64,000 nucleotides of DNA from Myxococcota bacterium. GTDB lineage: Bacteria > Myxococcota_A > UBA9160 > UBA4427. Positions within the stretch are counted from its first letter, which is position 1. Each line of letters starts with the position of its first letter. Below, in pieces: positions 37,775-47,065 of this stretch. The stretch spans positions 1,440,001 to 1,504,000 of the forward strand of contig OZ252299.1 of assembly GCA_965250285.1 (NCBI GenBank), given 5' to 3'. Under the pieces are notes generated by a model. It worked only from the letters and a program-made list of their open reading frames with translations, was not told where the DNA came from and searched no databases. The position numbers and the translations under genes are program-made.

Positions 37775-39484
37775 TCAGTCCTTCTCGTTCTGCGGCCAGT
37801 AGTCCGAGTCACGGCCGGGCACGCTGTACTCGTAGGGGCCGCGGTAGACCGTCGGCAGCTCGCCCGGCCAGTTGCCGTGCGGCGGCGGCGACTCGGTCGT
37901 CCACTCGAGGGTGTTGGCCTTCCAGGGGTTCTTGCCGGCCGGCTTGCCGCTGATCATGCTCTTGATGAGGTTGTAGAAGAAGACCAGCTGGAACCCCAGC
38001 ATCACGACCAGCGACAGGGTGGCGAACACCCGAAGGTTCTGCAGGTCGGGGGTCGCGAGCTCGGGGAAGTGCTCGAAGTTGTAGATGCGTCGGTGCTGGC
38101 CGGCGAGACCGAGCACGAAGAGCGGCAGGAAGATGCCGTTGAACGGGATGATCGTGCCCCAGAAGTGAATCTTGCCCAGGGTCTCGTTCATCATCTTGCC
38201 CGACATCTTCGGGAACCAGTACGTCACGCCGGCGTAGAAGCCGATGATGGCGATCGGGAAGAACGTGTAGTGGAAGTGGGCGAGCACGAAGTACGTGTCG
38301 TGGAAGTAGATGTCGGCACCGCTCGCGCCCAGGAAGATGCCTGTCACGCCGCCGATCAGGAACTCGAACACGAACGCCAGGGCCCAGAGCATCGGCGTCG
38401 AAAGGATGATTCGGCCGCCGTAGAGCGTTGCGATGTAGACGAAGACCATCTCGGCAATCGGAATCGAGATGATGAGCGTCGTGATCGTGAAGATGTGGGC
38501 CATGCGCGGGTCGACGCCCGAAATGAACTGGTGGTGCGCCCACACGAAGAAGCTGATGATGCCCGTCCCGAACGCCGTGTAGAGGATGGTCTTGTGGGCA
38601 AAGATCGGCTTGCGGCTGAACACCGCGATGATCTCGGCGCAGATGCCCATGGTGGGCAGCAGCACGACGTAGACCTCGGGGTGGCCGAAGAACCAGAAGA
38701 GGTGCTGCCAGAGAACCGGGTCGCCGCCGCGATCCGGGTCGAAGAACGCGGTGCCCAGGTTCTGGTCGAACAGCAGCATGACCGCTCCTGCGATCAGCGG
38801 GCCGACCGACACCATGAACATGATGCTGGCGAGCACGATCATCCAGATGACGAGCGGGATGTCGTACATCTTCATGCCCGGCGCACGCGCGTTCATGGCG
38901 GTGGTGATGAAGTTGATGCCTCCGAGCAGGAAGGCGACGAACTCGAGCGCGACGGCCGTCAGCCACAGACTCGATCCGAGTGGTGTGAGGTTGTACTCCG
39001 ACTTCGCGGACAGCGGCGGGTAGGCGGTCCAGGCGCCGCCGAAGGGACCGCCTTCCACGAAGAACGAGCTGATCAGTACGATCACCGACACGAGGAAGAT
39101 CTGGTACGAGAGGCGGTTGAGCTTCGGGAACACCATGTCATCGCAGCCGACCATCAGCGGGATCAGGTAGTTGCCGAAGGCCGCGATCAACACGGGCATC
39201 GCTACCCAGAAGATCATGATCGCGCCGTGGTTCGTGATCAGGCCATTGTACGCGGCGGGGCTCACGAGGCCGTAGCCCGGCACGTCGATGCCCGGGAAGG
39301 CGAGCTGCATGCGGAAGGCGTAGGCGAAGTACCCGCCGATGATCGCCATCAGGGCGCCTGTCCATAGGTACTGCATCGCGATCATCTTGTGGTCCAACGG
39401 GAAGATGTACTTCTCCGTGAACGTCATCTCGTGATGCGCGTGGTCGTCGTGCGCGTGCGGTTCGGCGACGATCGTATCGGCCAT
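37775..39484 (-). CDS. ctaD: Cytochrome c oxidase subunit I (A1 type)
   Basis: DHKMI, NHGAIM, GHPEVY, WAHH and AHFHY; start ATG 39484. Confidence 0.97.
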   Translation of the reverse strand: MADTIVAEPHAHDDHAHHEMTFTEKYIFPLDHKMIAMQYLWTGALMAIIGGYFAYAFRMQLAFPGIDVPGYGLVSPAAYNGLITNHGAIMIFWVAMPVLIAAFGNYLIPLMVGCDDMVFPKLNRLSYQIFLVSVIVLISSFFVEGGPFGGAWTAYPPLSAKSEYNLTPLGSSLWLTAVALEFVAFLLGGINFITTAMNARAPGMKMYDIPLVIWMIVLASIMFMVSVGPLIAGAVMLLFDQNLGTAFFDPDRGGDPVLWQHLFWFFGHPEVYVVLLPTMGICAEIIAVFSRKPIFAHKTILYTAFGTGIISFFVWAHHQFISGVDPRMAHIFTITTLIISIPIAEMVFVYIATLYGGRIILSTPMLWALAFVFEFLIGGVTGIFLGASGADIYFHDTYFVLAHFHYTFFPIAIIGFYAGVTYWFPKMSGKMMNETLGKIHFWGTIIPFNGIFLPLFVLGLAGQHRRIYNFEHFPELATPDLQNLRVFATLSLVVMLGFQLVFFYNLIKSMISGKPAGKNPWKANTLEWTTESPPPHGNWPGELPTVYRGPYEYSVPGRDSDYWPQNEKD

Positions 39485-39495
39485 GGCGGTCCCTC

Positions 39496-40230
39496 TCAGT
39501 TCTGGTTGGTCGAGGTCGACAGGGCCTGCTGCTGCGCGGCCAGTTCGATCGAAGGTCTCAACTCGGCGGGCGTGTTCGCAGCCAGCCACGCGTTGTGCTC
39601 GTCGGGGGTCTCGACGATGATGCGAGCGCCCATGACGCCGTGGCCAATGCCGCAAATCTCGGTGCATTGCACGAGGAAGTTGCCCGTCACCGTTGGTTCG
39701 AACCAGCCGGTGATTCGGCGGCCCGGGATCGTGTCCTGCTTCAGCCGAAAGACCGGCACCGAGAAGCTGTGCATGACGTCGCGGCTCTCGAGCTCGAAGT
39801 GGTACAGGGTGTCGACCTTGACGTGCAGGTCATCGACCGTCTTCACGTCGTCCGGCGTGTCGAGTATGCCGTCGAGGCCGGGGTGGACGAAGCTCCAAGC
39901 CCACTGCTGCCCGACGATCCGCACCGTCTCCTGCGCGGGCGGCTGGTCGATCTTGACCTCCTGCCATACGCGCACGGCAGCGACGACGATGAAGACGTCG
40001 CACACCAGCACGAGGTAGTGCGGCCAGCTCACCCAGCGCTTGTGAATCGGATTCGTGCCATCGACGTACTCGGCCTCGCTGCCTTCCTTCGCGCGATATC
40101 TGAAGATCAGATAGAAGAAGGCGGCGACGCAGAGGAAGAACCAGAAGCCCGTGAGGGCCCCGATCAGGTTCACCACGCCGTCGATGTCCGCCGCGAAGGT
40201 GGAGGCCTGCGTGAGATAGCGTTCGATCAT
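39496..40230 (-). CDS. ctaC: Cytochrome c oxidase subunit II (CuA)
   Basis: GQQWAW, DVMHSF and CTEICGIGHGVM. Confidence 0.96.
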   Translation of the reverse strand: MIERYLTQASTFAADIDGVVNLIGALTGFWFFLCVAAFFYLIFRYRAKEGSEAEYVDGTNPIHKRWVSWPHYLVLVCDVFIVVAAVRVWQEVKIDQPPAQETVRIVGQQWAWSFVHPGLDGILDTPDDVKTVDDLHVKVDTLYHFELESRDVMHSFSVPVFRLKQDTIPGRRITGWFEPTVTGNFLVQCTEICGIGHGVMGARIIVETPDEHNAWLAANTPAELRPSIELAAQQQALSTSTNQN

Positions 40231-40317
40231 TGTGTTCCGTCCCGATCTCTTGGGCGTGTTTCGGTTGGCCGTCTCGCTCGTCCCATTGAGCTTCGCGAGA
40301 CGCGCCGACTTGCCGAC

Positions 40318-40422
40318 CTACCAGACGAAGAGCACCACCGCGCCCACCCACAGGACGAAGCCGGCCATCGTAAGGATGAAGGTGCGAATCGCGAGGTCAT
40401 CGGGTTCGTAGCTCTTGGCCAT
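40318..40422 (-). CDS. 34-aa single-TM microprotein in the cox operon
   Basis: MAKSYEPDDLAIRTFILTMAGFVLWVGAVVLFVW*; GGAG RBS; codons mostly G/C-ending; below the ORF track cutoff. Confidence 0.7.
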   Translation of the reverse strand: MAKSYEPDDLAIRTFILTMAGFVLWVGAVVLFVW

Positions 40423-40476
40423 TGTGTCAGCTCCGATGCGGGCCCGGCAGGGCGCGCGGGTCGCGGGCGCGCGGCC

Positions 40477-41118
40477 CTATTGAGTTCTCAGCTGCTCGAT
40501 GTACGCGATCACGTCGAGGATCGCCTGGTCGTCGGGGAGCGTGTACGACATGCCCCGCATTTGTGCGCCGAGCGCGTCGTTCGGGTTGCCGCCCCGCACG
40601 CCCGCCTTGAAGTTCGAGAGCTGCGTCTTGAGATACCAGTCGCTGCTCATGTTGAGCGGCGGTGCGTTGAGCACCTCGTTGCCCTCGCCCTTGGGCCCGT
40701 GGCACGCGGCGCAGGTGGCGTAGTACTGCTCGCCGCGCGCCGGGTCACCGCCCTCGAGCTGGGCATCGGGGTCGACCGGCGGCAGGCTGGCGACGAAGGC
40801 GGCGACGTCGGTCACGTCCTCCTCCGTGCGCAGGGTGAGCGCCATCGGCCGCATGCGCATGCCGGCAATGTCGTCGAAGTGCGTGCCGCGCAGCCCGTCG
40901 CGGAACTTGTTCAGCTGGCGCTCCGCGTACCAGGCCGGCAGGCCGGCGATGTCGGGGGCGAGGTACGTGCGGTTGCCCTGGCCATCGTCACCGTGGCACT
41001 GCGTGCAGAGAGCCCAGAGGTTCTCTCCCCGTGCCAGGTCCTGCGCGAGCGCGGGGCCTGCGAGGAGCAAGCCTCCGAGTGCCGCGGCCGTGGCGAATGC
41101 GATCAGTGACCTTCTCAA
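40477..41118 (-). CDS. Dihaem c-type cytochrome (c4/c553-like)
   Basis: Signal peptide; CTQCH and CAACH; Met ligand regions in each half. Confidence 0.93.
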   Translation of the reverse strand: MRRSLIAFATAAALGGLLLAGPALAQDLARGENLWALCTQCHGDDGQGNRTYLAPDIAGLPAWYAERQLNKFRDGLRGTHFDDIAGMRMRPMALTLRTEEDVTDVAAFVASLPPVDPDAQLEGGDPARGEQYYATCAACHGPKGEGNEVLNAPPLNMSSDWYLKTQLSNFKAGVRGGNPNDALGAQMRGMSYTLPDDQAILDVIAYIEQLRTQ

Positions 41119-41961
41119 GCCGTTGTCCTTCCCGTCCGTTGCTTCCGCGGCCCGTCGCGCCCATGCGCGCTCCGCGTTCTCTCTCGTTTCGCTGCACGTT
41201 CTCGGCGCGTTCGAGTCGCCTGCACTGCGTCGGGGCGTTGCTCCTGCTCCCGACCGGCTCGCTCCCTCTCGCGTCGATGACTTTCGCTCGTGCCCTCTCG
41301 GCTCAGTGGCGTCCCTGCCCTCGAACGTCCAGAACCCCCGCTGGCAGCTGCACCGGGTTCGATCGACGGCGGCTTCGCCCCGTCGGTCGGCGACCCGCCG
41401 ACACCGAAGAGTGCAGCAAGAACGGCGGCTTGGGTCGGTTCCTCCACGCGGGGCAGACGCGTCGGGGCGGAGGATTACCGATGGCTCCGAGACGCGTCAA
41501 GGGCGCGAAAGCGCTGGGAAACAGGGGATCCACGGCCTCGCCTGCCGACCCGATCGGGCGCCGCCCGTCGCGTCGAGATCCGGCGGTGGATGCGCGCTCG
41601 AGTCGGATCAGCGAAGGGCCGCTCGGGCCGCTCTCGCAGCCATTCCCGCCCGTTTCGTCGAGGTCGCGCACCCCGATGGCCACCGCTGTCCAGGGCGGCT
41701 CGGGCTGCGCGGCGGGCGCGCGTCCGGCCCCGGCCGGGTGATTCACGCAACGATTGGCTGCGCGAGTTGTGGCGCACCGCCGTGCGTCGGGGTGACGCCC
41801 GCGTTGCTTGCGGTGAAGCCCCATCGGTATCGTCGTGCGCCGCCCCGGGACGCGGCGCGGGCATCTGTCGAGCGCGCAGAGACCTCACCACGCGGGGCGC
41901 GCGACATCATCCAGCGATTCAGGTCGCCCGGCCTGCGCGGCAGGCCGAGGAAGTCGAGGAC

Positions 41962-42612
41962 ATGAGCGCCGAAGCACACTCCGACCGCAGCATTGAAGCC
42001 CTTGCGCATGCCACGCGCGAGCTGATCGATCGGGTCCGCCGAACGCAGGCGCCGGCAGCCGAGCTCGACGCCGCGCGGGAGACGATCGAGTCGATCACCG
42101 CCCAGCTCGACGGTTCGGCGCATCCGGGCCCTTACGCCCAGGCCGCGCTCGACGGCTCACATGGTCTCGTCGGCGAGAGCCACGACCCGATGACCATCTT
42201 TCCGTACAGCCCGCTGATCGGTCGCCGCAACCCGATCGCGCCTCCTGCCGAGTTTCGCGTCGAAGACGGTCGCGTCCTCGGTGAGGTCACGCTCGGCCCC
42301 GCGTACTGCGGCCCGCCGCATCACGTGCACGGGGGCGTCGTGGCTGCGCTGATGGACGAGCTGCTCGGCACGGTGAACGTCGTGAACGGACTCGGAGCGA
42401 TGACCGGGCGACTCACGATCCACTACCGCGCTGCGACACCGCTCGGCGTTCCGCTCTCGCTCGAGGCGAGCCACACCGGCAGTGAAGGGCGCAAGGTGTA
42501 TGCCGAGGGGCGCATCCTCGACGGCGATCGCCTGCTCGTCGAGGCCGAGGGCCTCTTCATTCAGCCGAAGGATGCGAGTCTGTTTCGCCAGAACGGGCCG
42601 GCGCCGGCCTGA
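41962..42612 (+). CDS. PaaI/hot-dog family thioesterase
   Basis: GPPHHVHGGVVAALMDE; start re-picked at ATG 41962. Confidence 0.9.
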   Translation: MSAEAHSDRSIEALAHATRELIDRVRRTQAPAAELDAARETIESITAQLDGSAHPGPYAQAALDGSHGLVGESHDPMTIFPYSPLIGRRNPIAPPAEFRVEDGRVLGEVTLGPAYCGPPHHVHGGVVAALMDELLGTVNVVNGLGAMTGRLTIHYRAATPLGVPLSLEASHTGSEGRKVYAEGRILDGDRLLVEAEGLFIQPKDASLFRQNGPAPA

Positions 42613-42633
42613 CGTCGCCCACGGCGCGCGGTC

Positions 42634-43617
42634 TCAGCCCGCGGTGACCGCCGGCATGACCTCGTCGACGATCAGCTCGAGGCTCTGCCATGCCACCTCG
42701 GGCGCGAGCCCGCCGCAGAGCGGCTGGGTCAGCAGCGGGCCCGACTGCTTGACGTAGGCGATCGCCTCTTCGACGCTGAAGATGCGGTACGGCCCGTTCT
42801 CGGCCCGCAGCGCATCCACGGCGCCGGCCGTCGACTTGGTCGAGGACTCCTGCTCGTCGCCCATCCAGGCTGCATACGCCTGCGCGTCGTGGAGCATATG
42901 GGGGCCGATCTTCTCCCAGGCGGCGTCGACGTCGCGCGCCACGAAGGCGCTCATGACCGTGCCCGGGGGCGGCAGGATGCAGGCGCCGGGCGTTTGCCCG
43001 AGCTCTTCACACGCCTCGAGGTAGTCGGTCTCGATGGTCGGGTCGCCGCCCTGCGCGATGAGGCCCATGCCGAAGCGCGCGGCGCGGCGAGCCGCGATGC
43101 GACTGTTGCCGCCCATCACGAGCATCGGTCCGCCGGGTGTGAACGGCTTCGGCGTCACGTGCACGCGCCGACCCTCGAACTCGAACGGCTCTCCGGCCCA
43201 CGCTTTCTTCATGGCTGCCAACGCCGCCTCGAGTCGCTTGCCGCGGCCTGAGAAGGGGCGCCCCAGCATCTCGGCTTCGCTCGGGACGTAGCCCACGGCG
43301 GTGATGTACGAGACGCGGCCGCGCGAGATCAGGTCGAGCACGGCCATCTGCTCGGCGAGCTCGATCGGGTCGTGCAGCGGAACGATCAGCGCAGCGACCT
43401 GAATGGGGAGCTGCTGCGTCGCCGTCGCGATGGCGCTCGCCAGAACGAGAGGCGCGGGCAGATACCCGTCGGCCGAGCCGTGATGTTCGGAGACTTGAAC
43501 CTGAAGGCAGCCTCGCGTCTCGGCCCAGGCCGACATCTCGATCGCCGCCCGGTAGAGCGCCGCGGTGCGCTCGGGGTCGAGGCCGGGGGCGCGCAGATCG
43601 AATCGCATCGTAAACAC
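42634..43617 (-). CDS. LLM-class flavin-dependent oxidoreductase
   Basis: SEHHGSADGYLP and AEQMAVLDLISRGR; GTG start behind AAGGAG. Confidence 0.92.
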   Translation of the reverse strand: MFTMRFDLRAPGLDPERTAALYRAAIEMSAWAETRGCLQVQVSEHHGSADGYLPAPLVLASAIATATQQLPIQVAALIVPLHDPIELAEQMAVLDLISRGRVSYITAVGYVPSEAEMLGRPFSGRGKRLEAALAAMKKAWAGEPFEFEGRRVHVTPKPFTPGGPMLVMGGNSRIAARRAARFGMGLIAQGGDPTIETDYLEACEELGQTPGACILPPPGTVMSAFVARDVDAAWEKIGPHMLHDAQAYAAWMGDEQESSTKSTAGAVDALRAENGPYRIFSVEEAIAYVKQSGPLLTQPLCGGLAPEVAWQSLELIVDEVMPAVTAG

Positions 43618-43935
43618 GGGCTTCTCCTTGCGTGTGCGCAGGCGCGGTCGGCCTGGGGCGGCCGCGCAAGGTATCGCGCGTGCCGCCCCCTGCCGCCCAG
43701 GGCGGTTTGGACGTTCGGGCCTCTCGTGCGTCTTGACCCGAATGGTGAAGCAGTGATAGAAAGGGTGAGGGAGTGTTCTGAAGTCCTTGAAAAGGATGGG
43801 ATTTCTTGCGTCTCGATTGCCTGTCGTCTGCGCATTTCTCACGCGCGGCACCGGGCACGCGATCGCGGGTGCAGGGCGCTCCAGCAAGTGCAGGTTCAAG
43901 TGGTAGCTGGCAACACGCTGTGGAGGTGAATCGAC

Positions 43936-44268
43936 ATGATCGATCCCCGATCGTTGCGACGCGGACGCGTCGCGTTCTTCAACATCCTCATCCTGGCCGC
44001 GCTCGCGCTGGCCTTCGCGACGCCCGGTTGGGCGGACGACGCCGAGGCGACGCCGCCCGAGGCCGAGGCACCGGAGGCGTCGGGCCCCGAGTACGTGCCG
44101 TGCGCCGAGCTCGCGCGACTGAAGTACCCGTTCCTGCGCTGCGTGCGCGGGCCGTCGGGTCGACCGGTGTTCGCAGCTGAAGGCCCCGGCATGGTGGGCG
44201 CGCGCTTGAAGCTCGGCAGCGACTTCGCGTCGGGTGCCGGTGGCTGGGGCGACTCGGGCATCGAGTAG
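43936..44268 (+). CDS. Small secreted hypothetical protein (110 aa)
   Basis: GGAGG RBS; signal peptide ending PGWA; one Cys pair. Confidence 0.65.
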   Translation: MIDPRSLRRGRVAFFNILILAALALAFATPGWADDAEATPPEAEAPEASGPEYVPCAELARLKYPFLRCVRGPSGRPVFAAEGPGMVGARLKLGSDFASGAGGWGDSGIE

Positions 44269-44549
44269 CGCTCCGCCCAGTCGCGCGCCGTGTGTCGATG
44301 CGGTGTGGGTCGTGCCGATCGCTCGCTGCCGCAGTGAGCGACCGGCACCGCTGCGTCTGCGATTCGGTCCATGCGTGATCGGCTCTTCGAGTCGGCTGCG
44401 TCGTTCACCGCGAACCGGATCCAATCGTTGCAGGCTGGCGTTCGAAGCGGCTTTCGAGAGCCCGTCGGCGTTGCGGGGCGGTTCCCACGCTAGTCTCCCG
44501 GCCCCGCAGCGCCCCGCGCCCGGCGCCGCTCCACGGGAGAGATGCCGAC

Positions 44550-45623
44550 ATGGACTTCGGCCTGAGTGAAGAGCAGGAGATGCTCCAGGACACCGTCCGG
44601 AGCTTTCTCGAGAACGAGTGCCCCCCGCCGCGTCTGCGCGAGATCTTCGACCGAGGCGACGGGCACGAGCCCGACCTCTGGAAGGGGCTCGTCGAGATGG
44701 GCCTCGCGGGTCTCGTGATCGACGAGACGTACGGCGGCGCCGGGCTCGAGCTGCTCGATCTCGCGCTCGCACAGGAGGTGATCGGCGAGGGCGGGTTGCC
44801 CGGTCCCTTCATGACACACTCGCTGGCCGGTCTCGCGATCTCGATATGCGGCAGCGACGCGCAGAAGCAGCGGTGGCTGCCCGGGCTCGCGGAGGGGCAG
44901 GTGGCGACCCTGGCGCTCTGCGAAGGCGCCGAGGGCTGGTCCCCCGAAGCCTGGCAGCTCACGGCCTCGAAGGGCGTCGTGTCGGGTGCGAAGACCTATG
45001 TGCCCCACGCCGCCGTGGCCGAGCGATTCGTGGTCGGGCTCGCGGGCGGTGCACTGGGCGTCGTCGAGGCCGACGCCGCCGGCGTGACGCTGACCGATCA
45101 GGGCGGGCTCGATCGATCGCGTCCCGTCGCCCGGGTCGAGTTCGACCAGGCGCCCGTCGAGGTGCTCGAAGGCGGCGACGACGTCGCTCGGGTGCTCGAC
45201 GCGGGGCTGTGTCTGCTCGCCGCCGACGCGTTCGGCGCCGCGACGAAGCTCATCGACATCACCGTCGAGTATGCGCAGACCCGCGAGCAGTTCGGCCGCA
45301 AGATCTCCGAGTTCCAGGCCGTGAAGCATCAGCTCGCGCGACTGGGCCTCGACATCGAACCGACGCGATCGCTCTACTGGTACGCGGCGCACGCGTTCGA
45401 TCACATCGAAGACGACGCGGCCCGGGCGGCGGCGCTCTGCAAGAGCCACGTCACCGATCGCGCGGTCGCGGCCGGCCGGATGTGCGTCGAGCTTCACGGC
45501 GGCCTCGGTTTCACGTGGGAGTGCGACGTCCAGATCTGGCTCAAGCGCGCGCTCTTCGATCGCGCATTCCTCGGCACGCCCGAATCGCTGCGGGCACGCT
45601 GCGCCGATCTGGCCGGCTGGTAA
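44550..45623 (+). CDS. Acyl-CoA dehydrogenase family protein (short partner subunit)
   Basis: MDFGLSEEQEML, REQFGRKISEFQAVKH and HGGLGFTWE. Confidence 0.93.
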   Translation: MDFGLSEEQEMLQDTVRSFLENECPPPRLREIFDRGDGHEPDLWKGLVEMGLAGLVIDETYGGAGLELLDLALAQEVIGEGGLPGPFMTHSLAGLAISICGSDAQKQRWLPGLAEGQVATLALCEGAEGWSPEAWQLTASKGVVSGAKTYVPHAAVAERFVVGLAGGALGVVEADAAGVTLTDQGGLDRSRPVARVEFDQAPVEVLEGGDDVARVLDAGLCLLAADAFGAATKLIDITVEYAQTREQFGRKISEFQAVKHQLARLGLDIEPTRSLYWYAAHAFDHIEDDAARAAALCKSHVTDRAVAAGRMCVELHGGLGFTWECDVQIWLKRALFDRAFLGTPESLRARCADLAGW

Positions 45624-45633
45624 GGAGGCTCTG

Positions 45634-46845
45634 ATGGATCTCGAATACGGAGAAGAGTACGAGGCCTACCGCCGCGAGGTGCGCGCCTTCCTCGAAGGGT
45701 GGCCGCTCACCGGAGCCGAGGCCGAGCTGCCCAAAGACGAGCAGGAGAGCCTGTTCCGCACGCGGGGCATCGAGGCCGGCTACGTCTATCGATCGATCCC
45801 CGAGGCGTACGGCGGCGCGGGGCAGGCGCCTGACGCGATCAAGGATGCGATCGTGCGGGAGGAGTACCTCGCGAAGGACGCCCCCGGCGACCTGTTCTCG
45901 CAAGGGGCCGGGTTGCTCGCACCGACGCTGCTCGATTTCGGCAGTGAGGAGCAGAAGAAGCGCTACATCCCGAAGGCGTTGACGGGTGAGGAGCGCTGGT
46001 GTCAGGGCTACAGCGAGCCCGGCTCGGGCAGCGATCTGGCGTCGCTCCAGTGCCAGGCGCGGCTCGACGGCGACGAGTGGGTGATCAACGGACAGAAGAT
46101 CTGGACCTCGAACGCCCAGGAAGCCCACATGATGTTCGGGCTCTTTCGCACCGAGCCCGACGCCAAGAAGCACGAGGGCATCAGCTATCTGCTGATCCCG
46201 ATGGATTCGCCCGGCCTGACCGTTCGGCCGCTCATCGAGATGACCGGAGGCCACGAGTTCAACGAGGTCTTCTTCGACGACGTGCGTGTGCCGGCCGGCA
46301 ATATCGTCGGCGAGCGGGGGCAGGGCTGGCAGGTGTCGCGGGCCACGCTCGTCCACGAGCGCAACCTGATCGGCAATCCCAACATGACCCGCGAGACGTT
46401 TCAGGACGTCGTCGAGCTCGCTCGCAAGACGATGCGAGGGGGTCGCCCCGCGATCGAGGATGCCGCCGTGCGGCAGCGCCTCGTCGAGATCGAGGGCTAC
46501 GTCCGAAGCCTCGAGACGTCGAACATGCGTCAGTTCACGGCCGGCGTGCGGGGGGAGCCGCTCAAGGTGATGCGGCCGATGATGATGAACAAGCTCTACT
46601 CGACCGACGTGATGCAGATGATCACGAGCGCGGCGTACGACCTGCTGGGCGGCGATGGCCTGCTGGCGCCGTCCGCCGAGGATCTCGAGGGCTGGGCGCG
46701 CACGAACTCGGCGACGGGCTGGGTCAAGGCGTACCTGTTCTCACTGGGGCCGGCGATCGCGGGCGGGGCCAGCAACATTCAGCTCAACATCATCGGGGAG
46801 CGGGGCTACGGCCTGCCGCGCGATCCGCGCCCTCCGAGCGCTTAG
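45634..46845 (+). CDS. Acyl-CoA dehydrogenase family protein
   Basis: WCQGYSEPGSGSDLASL, NGQKIWTS, FNEVFFDDV and IAGG..NIQ.NIIGER. Confidence 0.95.
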   Translation: MDLEYGEEYEAYRREVRAFLEGWPLTGAEAELPKDEQESLFRTRGIEAGYVYRSIPEAYGGAGQAPDAIKDAIVREEYLAKDAPGDLFSQGAGLLAPTLLDFGSEEQKKRYIPKALTGEERWCQGYSEPGSGSDLASLQCQARLDGDEWVINGQKIWTSNAQEAHMMFGLFRTEPDAKKHEGISYLLIPMDSPGLTVRPLIEMTGGHEFNEVFFDDVRVPAGNIVGERGQGWQVSRATLVHERNLIGNPNMTRETFQDVVELARKTMRGGRPAIEDAAVRQRLVEIEGYVRSLETSNMRQFTAGVRGEPLKVMRPMMMNKLYSTDVMQMITSAAYDLLGGDGLLAPSAEDLEGWARTNSATGWVKAYLFSLGPAIAGGASNIQLNIIGERGYGLPRDPRPPSA

Positions 46846-47065
46846 CAGGCCCCTTTTCATGCGTTTGGCACGCCCGTGTCGGCAGCGAATCGTCCTTGGG
46901 AGGGCGTCCGACTGCTAGAATGCGGAGCGTTCGGCCCGTCGGCGCCCCCGCCCGCATGGATTCAAGATGGGGGGCCGAGCGGCCGATCCCCGCCGAGCGG
47001 GCGCACCCCCGTGGACCGGTTTCGGGCACGGCACCGGGCGTCCGCGTGGCGAGAGCGGAGGCCGC

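Noticed and set aside
43618..44772. 712-aa version of the LLM ORF as a fusion protein
   Set aside because: The extension overlaps two plus-strand genes, and a strong RBS supports GTG 43617.
46866..46881. TGGCACG as a sigma54 promoter for the hybrid kinase
   Set aside because: No TTGC at the -12 position (reads TGGCACGCCCGTGTC).
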